The position numbers were made by a program, and so were the translations under genes. DNA of 64,000 bases from Candidatus Krumholzibacteriota bacterium. Its GTDB lineage: Bacteria > Krumholzibacteriota > Krumholzibacteriia > Krumholzibacteriales > Krumholzibacteriaceae. The stretch is taken from positions 79,725 to 143,724 of the forward strand of contig JAFGBF010000015.1 of NCBI GenBank assembly GCA_016933255.1, read 5' to 3'. Below, piece after piece: positions 10,194 to 20,373 of the stretch. The notes beneath the pieces were generated by a model. The model did no database searches. It worked only from the letters and a program-made list of their open reading frames with translations, and was not told where the DNA came from. The first letter of the stretch is position 1. Every line of letters starts with the position of its first letter.

Positions 10194-10577
10194 ATGAAGA
10201 TGGCAAAGAAACTCGAGATCTACAAATGTGAGATGTGCGGAAATATCGTTGAGGTTCTGCATGGAGGAGCGGGAAGGCTGGTATGTTGCGGCGCGAATAT
10301 GAAAAAATTCGATGAACAGACCGCCGATGCTTCGACTGAGAAACATGTCCCGGTAATTGAGAAGATCGACGGCGGATACAAGGTCGTAGTAGGCAGCACT
10401 CCGCACCCGATGGAGGAAAGTCACTGGATAGAATGGATCGAACTTTTGGCCGGGGATATTGCATACAGGACCTTCCTGAATCCCGGTGATGCCGCAGAAG
10501 CGGTCTTTCACACGGACGCTGATAAAGTCTCGGCAAGGGAATACTGCAATGTGCACGGACTCTGGAAAAAGGAGTAG
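10194..10577 (+). CDS. dfx: Desulfoferrodoxin (2Fe superoxide reductase).
   Basis: N-terminal desulforedoxin CxxC..CC ([12 protein letters not shown]...LVCCG). SOR centre II motif EKHVPVIE. Confidence 0.9.
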   Translation: MKMAKKLEIYKCEMCGNIVEVLHGGAGRLVCCGANMKKFDEQTADASTEKHVPVIEKIDGGYKVVVGSTPHPMEESHWIEWIELLAGDIAYRTFLNPGDAAEAVFHTDADKVSAREYCNVHGLWKKE

Positions 10578-10583
10578 GGTATA

Positions 10584-11102
10584 ATGATATCAGACAAGAT
10601 CATTAAGGCGATGAACGATCAGATAAGGAAGGAGTTTTACTCCTCGTATCTCTATCTTTCAATGGCTTCATATCTCCATAGCAAGGGATTCGACGGGATG
10701 GGGGGCTGGATGCGTGCCCAGGCTATGGAAGAAGCGATTCACGCGATGAAATTTTTCGATCATCTCATTGAAAGGGGCGGAGATGTGGAACTTCAGCCGA
10801 TCGAACAGCCGCCGGCAGAATGGAAATCTCCTTTAGAGGCTTTCAGGGGAGCGCTTGATCATGAAAGAATGATCACTGGAACGATCAATGATCTGTACAA
10901 GATGGCCAGTGATGAAAATGATTATGCCTCCAGGACGATGCTTCAGTGGTTCATCGACGAGCAGATCGAAGAGGAGACAAATGCCGAGAAAAACGTAAGA
11001 ATGCTTGAGATCGCTGGAGAGTCGGGACAGGCTCTGCTTATGATAGACAAGGATCTTGGGGTGAGGATGATGCCCCTCGTTCCATCAGTAAAAGAAGTAT
11101 AG
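10584..11102 (+). CDS. ftn: Non-haem ferritin.
   Basis: 172 aa. Ferritin-like four-helix bundle with E..H ferroxidase residues (EEAIHAMKFFDH). The N-terminus resembles bacterial Ftn. Confidence 0.8.
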   Translation: MISDKIIKAMNDQIRKEFYSSYLYLSMASYLHSKGFDGMGGWMRAQAMEEAIHAMKFFDHLIERGGDVELQPIEQPPAEWKSPLEAFRGALDHERMITGTINDLYKMASDENDYASRTMLQWFIDEQIEEETNAEKNVRMLEIAGESGQALLMIDKDLGVRMMPLVPSVKEV

Positions 11103-11140
11103 GCAGGGGAAGAAGAGGAATTTCGGCAGGAAGGATAACG

Positions 11141-12367
11141 ATGTCAGAGACGTTCAAGGCGGTTCGTATAACGGACGGCGTTTACTGGGTGGGCGCGATA
11201 GACTGGAATATCAGGAATTTTCACGGATACTCCACGTACAGCGGAACGACGTACAACGCTTATCTGGTCATGGCTGAGAAGGTCACACTTATAGATACAG
11301 TCAAGGAACCGTTTAAAAACGAGTTACTTTCGAGGATCTCGTCGGTGATAGATCCCGGGAAGATCGATTATGTCGTCTCAAACCACGCGGAAATGGATCA
11401 TTCGGGATACCTGGGAGAATTTATTGAAAAGTACCGGCCTGAAAAGGTGTTTGCTTCGAAAAAGGGCGTGGAAGCTCTTGAAGACCATTTCGGGATAGGT
11501 GATCAGCTTATTGCGGTCGATGACGGTGAGAAGATAGACCTGGGCAGCGATTCGCTGATCTGCCTTGAAACGAAGATGCTTCACTGGCCTGACAGTATGG
11601 TCACGTATCTGGCAGGCAAAAAGATCCTGTTTTCCCAGGATGGGTTCGGTATGCATCACGCTTCATATGGACGTTTCGATGATATGATCGACGAAAATAT
11701 TCTCAAACGTGAGGCGGCCAAGTATTACGCGAATATCCTCCTGCCTTTTTCCCCTGTCGTAAAGAAAGTCCTGAAGAAAATCGGGGATTCAGGGCTCGAG
11801 ATCGAGATGATTGCTCCCGATCACGGCCCTGTCTGGAGATCAGGTGTGGAGAAGATACTATCACTGTATGATAGATGGGCGTCGAGAGAACTCAGAAAGA
11901 AAGCGGTTATCGCCTGCGATTCGATGTGGGGGTCCACGACTGTGATGGCAAGGGTCATCGGACAGAGCCTGTCGGAGAGTGATGTTGATGTCGCGTATCT
12001 GAATTTGAGCACAGCGCATAGGTCGGATCTTGCCGCTGAGCTTATCGATGCTGGAGCTCTGATAGTCGGTTCACCGACGATCAATGGCACCCTCTTCCCG
12101 ACCGTAGCGGACGCGTTGTACTATATCCGCGGACTGAAGCCGACCGGGATCGTGGGCGCGGCATTCGGATCGTACGGATGGAGTGGAGAGGCGGTCGGAC
12201 AGATCACCGAACTGCTGGAAAAGATGAATATCGATCTTGCAGGAGAAAGCGTTAGGGCAAAATATGTTCCTTCAGGTCATCTGATCGAACGCTGCAGCGA
12301 GCTCGGCCGTGAGGTGGCGAAAAGGCTGGAAGCCCTTCCAAAGAATTTCCCTGGAGAAAAGCCGTAA
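11141..12367 (+). CDS. Flavodiiron protein (FprA / rubredoxin:oxygen oxidoreductase-like).
   Basis: Metallo-beta-lactamase-like di-iron domain (HAEMDHSG) followed by a flavodoxin-like domain. The roughly 400-aa length is typical of class A FDPs. Confidence 0.85.
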   Translation: MSETFKAVRITDGVYWVGAIDWNIRNFHGYSTYSGTTYNAYLVMAEKVTLIDTVKEPFKNELLSRISSVIDPGKIDYVVSNHAEMDHSGYLGEFIEKYRPEKVFASKKGVEALEDHFGIGDQLIAVDDGEKIDLGSDSLICLETKMLHWPDSMVTYLAGKKILFSQDGFGMHHASYGRFDDMIDENILKREAAKYYANILLPFSPVVKKVLKKIGDSGLEIEMIAPDHGPVWRSGVEKILSLYDRWASRELRKKAVIACDSMWGSTTVMARVIGQSLSESDVDVAYLNLSTAHRSDLAAELIDAGALIVGSPTINGTLFPTVADALYYIRGLKPTGIVGAAFGSYGWSGEAVGQITELLEKMNIDLAGESVRAKYVPSGHLIERCSELGREVAKRLEALPKNFPGEKP

Positions 12368-12369
12368 AG

Positions 12370-13230
12370 ATGAAGAGACAGATAATTACAATCGACGAGG
12401 AAAAATGTAACGGGTGCGGGAAATGCCTGCCTAATTGTCCGGAGGGAGCCCTTCAGATAATCGACGGGAAGGCCAGGCTCGTCAGTGATCTTTTCTGCGA
12501 CGGGCTCGGCGCCTGTATCGGGTATTGTCCGGAGGGTGCGATCTCTACGGAGCTTCGCGAAGCAGAAAAGTATGATGAAAAAAAGGTGATGGAAAACATA
12601 ATCCGGCAGGGGCCGAATGTCCTGAAGGCACATCTGAAGCATCTCGTCGACCATGGAGAGACCGATCTTGTTGTGCAGGCGGTCGAGTATCTGAAAGATA
12701 ATGACCACGAAATACCGGAAGAGGCTATCGCTCTTCTTTGCCCTGCCTCGCGTATCTCACCGAAAGGGAACGGACCTGTGTCCGGGTGCCCCGGATCAAG
12801 CGTGGTAGAGATGAAAAGTCCCGGTCTGCAGGAAGAAAAGGGTTATCTGCCGCCATCAAAGTCTATGCTTGATCATTGGCCGGTCCAGATAAAGCTTGTC
12901 CCCTCATCTGCTCCTTTTCTTGACGGCTCGGATCTTGTCATTGTCGCTGATTGCGTTCCTTTTGCGTATGCCGATTTTCATGAAAGGTTCCTGAAGGGTA
13001 GATCCTGCATCGTCGGATGCCCCAAGCTCGATGATGCGGGATACTATCTTGAGAAATTGACGGCGATCTTTTCCAGCAACGATATACGCTCGATCCTTAT
13101 TGCATATATGGAGGTTCCCTGCTGCTCAGGAATGGTCAGGCTTGTAGAACGCGCGCTGGAGGCGTCGGGAAAAGAAATCCCGGTGAGCAGGCAGATGATA
13201 GGAATAAAAGGGGATGAATTGCCGCGCTAG
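12370..13230 (+). CDS. 4Fe-4S dicluster ferredoxin-domain protein with a C-terminal extension of unknown function.
   Basis: Two CxxCxxCxxxCP motifs (CNGCGKCLPNCPEG, CDGLGACIGYCPEG). Start overlaps the FDP stop region (TAAAGATG). Confidence 0.6.
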   Translation: MKRQIITIDEEKCNGCGKCLPNCPEGALQIIDGKARLVSDLFCDGLGACIGYCPEGAISTELREAEKYDEKKVMENIIRQGPNVLKAHLKHLVDHGETDLVVQAVEYLKDNDHEIPEEAIALLCPASRISPKGNGPVSGCPGSSVVEMKSPGLQEEKGYLPPSKSMLDHWPVQIKLVPSSAPFLDGSDLVIVADCVPFAYADFHERFLKGRSCIVGCPKLDDAGYYLEKLTAIFSSNDIRSILIAYMEVPCCSGMVRLVERALEASGKEIPVSRQMIGIKGDELPR

Positions 13231-13263
13231 TTTCAGCAGATAATAAAGGATATCTTCCCGATC

Positions 13264-13734
13264 TTAATCGATATCATCCTGAGACGGTCTGGATCTCGTC
13301 TGCTTGAGCACGCCCCGCTTTTTCTTTTCCCGTAGCCTCAATTCCTTTATAAATCCGGGTGGTTTCCGTTTTTTTCGCGGGGGATCGATCTGAAGGGCCT
13401 CGCGTATCAGTGTCACGAACCTCTCAACGGCCGCATTGCGGTTTGATCCCTGTGTCCTGTGTTTTTGGGAGGATACCCTTAATATCCCGCTTTTGTTTAT
13501 CCTGCCTGCCAGGTTTTCACGAATAAGAGCCGCCTGGGCTTCATCAAGAGCTGAAGAGTTCCCGATATCGAATGTTAGGACAGCCTTGGAATTCACCTTG
13601 TTTACATTCTGTCCTCCAGGCTTGCTGCTGCGGGAGAATCTGAAGATGATCTCATCGTCAGGTATCTCAAGCTCATCGTCTATCCTGACCACGCTATTCT
13701 CCCTGTCATGGGCGATTAATGGATCTATCCTCAT
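13264..13734 (-). CDS. arfB: Alternative ribosome-rescue factor ArfB (peptidyl-tRNA hydrolase with a class-I release-factor GGQ domain).
   Basis: 156 aa. GGQ motif (SKPGGQNVNKVNSKAVL) and a basic C-terminal tail (PPRKKRKPPGFIKELRLREKKKRG). Confidence 0.8.
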   Translation of the reverse strand: MRIDPLIAHDRENSVVRIDDELEIPDDEIIFRFSRSSKPGGQNVNKVNSKAVLTFDIGNSSALDEAQAALIRENLAGRINKSGILRVSSQKHRTQGSNRNAAVERFVTLIREALQIDPPRKKRKPPGFIKELRLREKKKRGVLKQTRSRPSQDDID

Positions 13735-13997
13735 CGAAGATATCGGTTAAAACAGGAGAATGCATCCGAAATCTGACCGCAGCGAAAAATATTCACAAAA
13801 CATACAGGCCTGAAAGTGAGATGTTGAGATATTTATATATATATGGTACCGTGATCGTCCTGATGACGGATGCTGAAAAACCGGCGGAAGGGCAACAATC
13901 ACCCTCTTGCCGTCGTAGGATACATACAGGAAGAGTTTTGCATATCGTCAGGACATTGTTGAAGATAGGGGTCTCTTTCTCAACCGGAGGTGTTTGA

Positions 13998-15728
13998 ATG
14001 AAATCGTTTTTTAAATCGTTTTTCGCCAGTCTGCTGGCGATACTTGTAGTCGTTCTCATAATAGTCACGATCGTCGCGACGAAATCGCAGCAGACTACGA
14101 AAATAGAAGATCATTCCTGGCTTGTCATCGATCTATACGGTGATATTCTGGAATATTCTCCTCCAGCCGGAGTGATGTCGGAGATCGTGGGCGGAAAACC
14201 TGAGACCCTGCAGCGTATCCTCTCAAGCCTTGAAAAGGTCCGCGTAGATGACAGGATAGAAGGAGTCATCATCAAGATGTCGGCGAATAACGGTGCCGGA
14301 CGGGGGATGAAAGAAGAGATCAGGGGCGCGATAGAAAAAGTACAGGAGAGCGGCAAAAAGGTCTACGGCTACTCCGATTCGATGGACAGGAGCCTGTACT
14401 ATCTTGCCAGCGCCTGTGATTCGATATACATGCCTCCGACCGGGTACATATCATTTTTAGGGATTGCGGTGACAACAGAGCATCTTCTGGGTACGCTGGA
14501 AAAACTCGGGATCAAACCGAATATTCACAAGATCAAGGATTATAAAAGCGCCGCCGAGATGATCGTCAGCAAGAAGATGTCTCCCGAAGCGAGAAAAAAC
14601 AAGGAATGGATCATCGATGATTTATGGGATGTCTTCTGTGAGACTCTGGAATCGGATCGCGGGCTTTCAGAAGAAAAGATAATCGAAGCGATGGAGCACG
14701 CCCTCTTTCTCCCGGCTGATGCGGTCGAGTTCGGCCTGATAGACGGGTTGAAATACTGGGATGAGATCGAAGGTATGTTGAAGGGCGAAAAGGATGAAAA
14801 ACTAAAAACGGTAGGTCAGTCCAGATATGCAGAGGAGGATCCTGAAAAGCTTGGATTGAAAGGGGATAAGAAGATCGCCGTCATCCACGCGCAGGGAACG
14901 ATCGGGGGCAGAAAGAACCGTATCGATCCGATGCTGGGTGTAATGATGGGGCATGAATCGATCGTGGCGGAATTTAAAAAGGCGCAGCAGGATGATGATG
15001 TCGCGGCGATCGTCTTTCGTGTCGACAGCGGAGGAGGAGAAAGTCTTGCCAGTGATATGATAGGTCATCAGGTAGAGGTAACGTCCAAAGTCAAACCGGT
15101 GATCGTATCGATGGTCGATGTCGCCGCCTCCGGAGGATATTCGATCTCGTACAGGTCGACAAAGATGATAGCTGACAAGATGACAATAACCGGATCGATA
15201 GGATCGATAAGCGGAAAGATGAATATCAGCGGTTTTAACGACAAGCTCGGGATCTCCCATGATTTTGTTACCAAGGGCCCAAACGGGCTCTTCTATTCCC
15301 CTTACAAGGATTTTTCAGATCAGCAGTGGGAAATATTCAAGGCTGACCACTGGGCTGGATTTAATGAATGGATGCAGTCTGTGGCGGATCATAGGGGAAT
15401 GACATTCGGAGAGGTTGAAAAACTTGCCCACGGCCGGGTATGGACCGGCAGGCAGGCGGTAGAAAACGGCCTGATCGATGAGATCGGCGGGCTTGACCGG
15501 GCGATAGAACTTGCTTGCGCTGAGGCGGGTCTTCCTGAGGATGAAAAGGTTTCGATAGTGCATTTGCCTGAAACAAAGGGATTTCTGGAAGAACTGATGT
15601 CAGGCGGAAGTTTCACGACAGTCGCTGAATATGTGATCTACAGGTATATCAGGGATGACCTTTCAGATACCTGGAATACGATGACTATGGGGACGCAGCA
15701 AAAGGTCGACAGGTTTTTTATAAACTAG
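13998..15728 (+). CDS. sppA: Signal peptide peptidase SppA (protease IV, 67K type).
   Basis: N-terminal TM segment, then duplicated ClpP/crotonase-like S49 domains (VDVAASGGYSISYRSTKMIADKMTITGSIG). Confidence 0.85.
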   Translation: MKSFFKSFFASLLAILVVVLIIVTIVATKSQQTTKIEDHSWLVIDLYGDILEYSPPAGVMSEIVGGKPETLQRILSSLEKVRVDDRIEGVIIKMSANNGAGRGMKEEIRGAIEKVQESGKKVYGYSDSMDRSLYYLASACDSIYMPPTGYISFLGIAVTTEHLLGTLEKLGIKPNIHKIKDYKSAAEMIVSKKMSPEARKNKEWIIDDLWDVFCETLESDRGLSEEKIIEAMEHALFLPADAVEFGLIDGLKYWDEIEGMLKGEKDEKLKTVGQSRYAEEDPEKLGLKGDKKIAVIHAQGTIGGRKNRIDPMLGVMMGHESIVAEFKKAQQDDDVAAIVFRVDSGGGESLASDMIGHQVEVTSKVKPVIVSMVDVAASGGYSISYRSTKMIADKMTITGSIGSISGKMNISGFNDKLGISHDFVTKGPNGLFYSPYKDFSDQQWEIFKADHWAGFNEWMQSVADHRGMTFGEVEKLAHGRVWTGRQAVENGLIDEIGGLDRAIELACAEAGLPEDEKVSIVHLPETKGFLEELMSGGSFTTVAEYVIYRYIRDDLSDTWNTMTMGTQQKVDRFFIN

Positions 15729-15802
15729 ACGATCCCGCGCCAGCAGGATCAGATTCGAATCTGAATCGGGTGTGTGGAAAAATACAGGCCGGGGAGTCCG
15801 CA

Positions 15803-17533
15803 ATGAGCAGTGGTTCGGGAAAATTGAATCTGCTGCCGGTTTTGTTGCCGGCAGTATTCCTTCTTTCTTCGGTGCTTTCCGGAGATGGTTCCGCATATGA
15901 CAGGGTTAGCGGGAGGATGGATGTGTCCAGATCGGAAGTAATAAGTAAAAACGGGATGGTCTGCTCAGCCCATCCTCTGGCTTCTCAGATCGGTATCGAG
16001 ATACTTAAAAAAGGCGGTAATGCTTTCGATGCGGCGATAGCAGTCAACGCTGCGCTTGGGCTTATGGAACCGGTTGCAAACGGGATTGGAGGAGATCTGT
16101 TCGTCATAGTCTGGGATTCAAAGACCCGGAAGCTGTATGGACTTAACGCGAGCGGACGGAGCCCAGGCCTTCTCGATATAGATGAAGTAAAAAAACAGGG
16201 TCATTCAAAGATACCTTATACGGGGATGCTTCCCCAGACTGTTCCAGGCTGCGTCGACGGATGGTTCGAGCTTCATGCAAGATTTGGAAGATTATCGATG
16301 AAGGAACTCCTCGCTCCGGCGATAAGATACGCTGAAGAAGGGTTTCCCGTTACCGAAGTGATCGCGCACTACTGGAAACTCGGTGCCGAAAGGCTCGCGG
16401 AAGAACCAAATTTTGCCTCGACCTATATGCCGGGTGGAAGAGCTCCCGAAAAAGGGGAGATCTTCCGAAATCCAGATCTGGCGAATACATACCGGATGAT
16501 AGCGGAAGAGGGGAGAGATGCCTTCTATCGTGGAAAGATAGCAAAGACGATTGACAGGTTCTCAAGAGATAACGGGGGATATCTTCGGCTGAAGGATCTG
16601 GAGGAACACACCTCTACGTGGGTGGAACCTGTAAGTACGGATTATCGCGGCTATGACGTCTGGGAACTCCCGCCGAACGGTCAGGGTATTGCGGCCCTTC
16701 AGATACTCAATATTCTGGAAGATTATGATCTCTCTTCGCTGGGTTTTGGGTCGGCAGAATATCTTCATCTTCTCATCGAGGCTAAAAAGATCGCCTTTGA
16801 AGACAGGGCAAGGTTTTACGCAGACCCGGAATTTGCCGATATTCCGGTCGAGATGCTGATATCAAAGGAGTATGCGGCCGGCCGGAGGAAACTGATAGAT
16901 ATCGGCAGAGTTCTCAGGGAGATCCCCGCCTCAGATCCGGTACCCGATATGGGAGAAACGACATATCTTGTCGTAGCCGACAAAGAAAGGAACTTTGTAT
17001 CTCTGATACAGAGCAACTATGCCGGTTTTGGATCCGGCCCTGTTCCGGATGGGCTTGGGTTCTGCCTGCAGGACCGAGGGTCCCTCTTCAATCTGGATCC
17101 TGATCATCCAAATTCGCTTCAGCCTCATAAAAGGCCGTTCCACACGATAATTCCCGCGATGGTCAGCAGGAACGGAAAGCCGGTCTTTGCTTTCGGAGTG
17201 ATGGGAGGGTCGATGCAGCCTCAGGGTCACGTGCAGATACTTTGTAATATCATCGATTTTGGAATGGGGATCCAGGAGGCGGGAGATGCGCCCAGGATAA
17301 GGCACTACGGTTCTTCTCAACCGACCGGAGAATTTATGACTGACGGAGGAAGAATCGCTGTTGAATCCGGGTTCGAAGATGCCGTGATCAGGGCGCTGAT
17401 AGAAAAAGGTCACTCGGTTGTCAAGGACAGCGGAGGTTTCGGGGGTTACCAGGGGATCTGGTGGGATCACGAAAATGATCTCCTTATTGCGGGTTCTGAA
17501 TCCAGAAAAGACGGGTGTGCGGCGGGGTATTAA
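15803..17533 (+). CDS. ggt: Gamma-glutamyltranspeptidase.
   Basis: Signal peptide. Autoprocessing/nucleophile Thr motif (GETTYLVVADKERNFVSLIQSNYAGFGSG). Start is set at ATG 15803, which has a GGGGAG RBS. Confidence 0.85.
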   Translation: MSSGSGKLNLLPVLLPAVFLLSSVLSGDGSAYDRVSGRMDVSRSEVISKNGMVCSAHPLASQIGIEILKKGGNAFDAAIAVNAALGLMEPVANGIGGDLFVIVWDSKTRKLYGLNASGRSPGLLDIDEVKKQGHSKIPYTGMLPQTVPGCVDGWFELHARFGRLSMKELLAPAIRYAEEGFPVTEVIAHYWKLGAERLAEEPNFASTYMPGGRAPEKGEIFRNPDLANTYRMIAEEGRDAFYRGKIAKTIDRFSRDNGGYLRLKDLEEHTSTWVEPVSTDYRGYDVWELPPNGQGIAALQILNILEDYDLSSLGFGSAEYLHLLIEAKKIAFEDRARFYADPEFADIPVEMLISKEYAAGRRKLIDIGRVLREIPASDPVPDMGETTYLVVADKERNFVSLIQSNYAGFGSGPVPDGLGFCLQDRGSLFNLDPDHPNSLQPHKRPFHTIIPAMVSRNGKPVFAFGVMGGSMQPQGHVQILCNIIDFGMGIQEAGDAPRIRHYGSSQPTGEFMTDGGRIAVESGFEDAVIRALIEKGHSVVKDSGGFGGYQGIWWDHENDLLIAGSESRKDGCAAGY

Positions 17534-17556
17534 CGAAAGGGCGGGGAAAGACGGAG

Positions 17557-17928
17557 ATGGAATTTGTCGATTCAAAGTTCTTTGATCATTTCATCGATCC
17601 GCGGAATGTCGGTACGATAAAAGATCCCGATGGCACGGGAATGGGCGGGGACGCCTCATGCGGAGACTGGCTGATCGTCATGATAAAGGTCGATAAAAAT
17701 ATGATATCAGAGATAAAATTCCAGTGCAGGGGATGCTCTGCTGCAATAGTCACTTCAAGCGCGATGACTGAACTAGCCCTGGGAAAGTCGATAGAGGAGG
17801 CGCTGAAGATATCAGCCAGGGCCATCGAAGACGAAGTGGGGGGACTGTCCGACGAGAAACGACATTGCTCGATCCTTGGTGAAAGCGCTCTTCGTCAGGC
17901 TATTGAAGATTACCGCGGAAGACAGTGA
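17557..17928 (+). CDS. IscU/NifU N-terminal-domain-like Fe-S cluster scaffold protein.
   Basis: Reads FFDHFIDPRNVG...CGD......CRGCSAAIVTSSAMTELALGKSIEEA with the conserved Cys residues. Start is set at MEF with a GGGGAAAG RBS. Confidence 0.7.
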   Translation: MEFVDSKFFDHFIDPRNVGTIKDPDGTGMGGDASCGDWLIVMIKVDKNMISEIKFQCRGCSAAIVTSSAMTELALGKSIEEALKISARAIEDEVGGLSDEKRHCSILGESALRQAIEDYRGRQ

Positions 17929-18003
17929 TACCGGGAAGTAACGAAAAAACAATCCATAACAGCACACCGAAGCAGAATGGCCTGCTCTGAACGCTTTCTG
18001 CTG

Positions 18004-18624
18004 TCAGGAACCTTTCCTTCTTTCTTTCAGTCTTTCGTGCAGTTCATTATGGAGATACTGCACATACAGTTCCGCTCTCGGTTTCTTGGTTATACGCTTT
18101 ATGGTGATCGACATCCCCGGACCTTTAAGCCAGTAGGTCTTGTACGCCATTTCGATAGTTCCATCGGGAAATGTGCATTTACCGCCGTATCTTTCTTCCA
18201 TGAGTCCCTTGAGGAAATTCAATTTTGAAACATTGTTCTGCCTGTAATAAATGATGATCTCCATCAATCTGCCATCAAGGAAAGTCAGGTGCGCGCGCTC
18301 GACGTCTTTGGAATCCGACAGTACTTTTGAAAACTCGTAGATCTCACCGCGGCTTCCGGTGCGCGGATCATCCAGCTTTTTCCAGGCTATTCTGGACTTA
18401 ACTCGTTCAAAGACCCCTTCTTTCGTCTCGCCAAGGTAGAAACCGTGGATATTCTCGTCAAGGACGGTGACTTTGTCGCCGCCGCATGACGAAAAAGACC
18501 CAATGATAAAAAACATGATCGCGATCAAAACAGCCGATACGGATGATCTGTATCCCCACCGATTATTTCCTGAATCTTTGCTGACAGTAGATATTTTATT
18601 CATCATCACATCATTCCTTTTCAA
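18004..18624 (-). CDS. Hypothetical lipoprotein.
   Basis: N-terminal hydrophobic segment ending in a lipobox-like FSSC. No recognisable domain. Overlaps the upstream transporter stop by 14 nt, so probably the same operon. Confidence 0.4.
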   Translation of the reverse strand: MKRNDVMMNKISTVSKDSGNNRWGYRSSVSAVLIAIMFFIIGSFSSCGGDKVTVLDENIHGFYLGETKEGVFERVKSRIAWKKLDDPRTGSRGEIYEFSKVLSDSKDVERAHLTFLDGRLMEIIIYYRQNNVSKLNFLKGLMEERYGGKCTFPDGTIEMAYKTYWLKGPGMSITIKRITKKPRAELYVQYLHNELHERLKERRKGS

Positions 18625-20149
18625 AATCCGTTTCAGTCTGATTTTTCAGAAGGGTATAGAGCCCGCCTATGCCGATAAGGATCATTATCGTCGACTGGAT
18701 CCAGGTCTTGGGCGGGACGCTTCCTTTGGTGCTGTTGACAAAAAAGACCATCGCGACCGAGAGCACAGTCAAGAGGCCATAGATAAAGAACATGACCTTT
18801 CGGGCTCTTACCCTGGTAGTGACGCTGTCTTCTCCGAACAATTTATTATAAAGGACGAGTCCTAAGGTGGTGACTATACCGAGGGCGGCAAACACGAGCC
18901 AGAAATTCCTGAGAGTACCCTGAGCTCCGGCCATCTGAAGAGGGATCAAACCCGCTGAAAGTGCTTTTTCCTTTATCGGCGACAGAATGGCCCGGTACAT
19001 CTCGCCCCCGACATTGGAGCCTACAAGTGATCCTATCACTCCGTAGAGAAAGGCATATCCCATATAAGTCGCCTTTTTCTCCTGTGGGGCGACGATCCCG
19101 ATATAGCTGTAATATTTTGGATGACACGTCATTTCGCCTATCGAGAAAACAGCGATACCCAGTATGAATATCCATGCGTTCTGCGACATGGCAAGGACAA
19201 AAAATCCCGCTGAACCGATAAGGATCCCGCCGACCATCGTAGGAAGAGGCTTGATATTTTTTACGATCAGATTGACGAAGATCTGAAGCAGGACGATCGT
19301 CCCTGCGTTCACGACGGTGACGTGTTCAGGCCGGAGAGTATAATCCATCCCCATTCTGGCGAAGAATCTTGTGATCGGAGCGGGGTCTATGAAATCCCGA
19401 AGGTACCACAGAACCGAGCCGAAATTCTGGAAATAGAGGATCCAGAAACAGGAATAAACGAATATCAGGAGCATGAACCTTGCGTCGGAAAGAACGGTAA
19501 GAGCTCCCGACAGTACCTCTTTCAGGTTTTTTCTGCTCTCCGGTTTTGGGGGGTCTCTGTAAAGGAACGCAGCTGGAAGAAGCATCAGGGCGCAATAAAT
19601 AGCGCTTATCGTGAATACCCAGCTCCAGCTGAGGCTGTCCCTTATATAACCAGCGACGAGAGGGGCGACCAGAGCGCCGAGGTTTATCATCCAGTAATAG
19701 ACTCCGAATCCAAACCCGGAATTTTTTTCATTTGTCGTACGGGCGATCGTTCCGGAAATAATCGGCTTAAAAAGTCCCGAACCGGTAGCCATGACGAGCA
19801 GGGAGACAAAGATCACTCCGTAAGTATTGACCTGGCCCGCAACGAAATATCCGGCTGCGAGAAGACTGAAAGCGAACAGCAGCATTTTTCTGTAACCGTA
19901 CCGGTCAGCAAGAGCGCCTCCCAGGATAGGGATCACATATGTGACGGCATAAACGAAACTTTGGAGAAGACCCACCATATCTTCCGTAAATCCAAGACCT
20001 CCATTTGCGACTTTTTCAGAAAGGTATATCGCGAGAAGAGCGTTCAGGCCGTAGTATGCTCCACGCTCGAACAGCTCCATGACATTGGCTACCCAGAATG
20101 ACCGCGGAAAGGATCCTATTCCGCTTTTCATCTCAGAACTGTTTTCCAC
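18611..20149 (-). CDS. MFS transporter of the POT/PTR2 family (proton-dependent di/tripeptide transporter).
   Basis: POT signature ELFERGAYYGL (ExxERFxYYG). 12 or more TM segments. 512 aa. Confidence 0.8.
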   Translation of the reverse strand: MENSSEMKSGIGSFPRSFWVANVMELFERGAYYGLNALLAIYLSEKVANGGLGFTEDMVGLLQSFVYAVTYVIPILGGALADRYGYRKMLLFAFSLLAAGYFVAGQVNTYGVIFVSLLVMATGSGLFKPIISGTIARTTNEKNSGFGFGVYYWMINLGALVAPLVAGYIRDSLSWSWVFTISAIYCALMLLPAAFLYRDPPKPESRKNLKEVLSGALTVLSDARFMLLIFVYSCFWILYFQNFGSVLWYLRDFIDPAPITRFFARMGMDYTLRPEHVTVVNAGTIVLLQIFVNLIVKNIKPLPTMVGGILIGSAGFFVLAMSQNAWIFILGIAVFSIGEMTCHPKYYSYIGIVAPQEKKATYMGYAFLYGVIGSLVGSNVGGEMYRAILSPIKEKALSAGLIPLQMAGAQGTLRNFWLVFAALGIVTTLGLVLYNKLFGEDSVTTRVRARKVMFFIYGLLTVLSVAMVFFVNSTKGSVPPKTWIQSTIMILIGIGGLYTLLKNQTETDFEKE

Positions 20150-20312
20150 TTTGATTACTTCCTTTCCCAGGCAGGGACTACCCTGATCTCTACGGACTGT
20201 TGATATCTCCCGGACAGGAGCGCCGGTCAGGAATGGCCTGCAAGAGGTGGCCGGACCCGAAGCGGACGCTTCTGAGCAGGGAATCTATCAAAAATAACGG
20301 GATAATGGTATA

Positions 20313-20349
20313 AAAAAATTGCCCGGCAGAGTCTTGCCGGGCAAAGGAT
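20313..20349 (-). terminator. Rho-independent terminator downstream of the FHA gene.
   Basis: Perfect 10-bp stem TTGCCCGGCA/TGCCGGGCAA with a 6-nt loop. On the minus strand it is followed by TTTTTTTATACC. Confidence 0.7.
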
Positions 20350-20373
20350 TATCGTAGTAATTCTGCATGCGGT

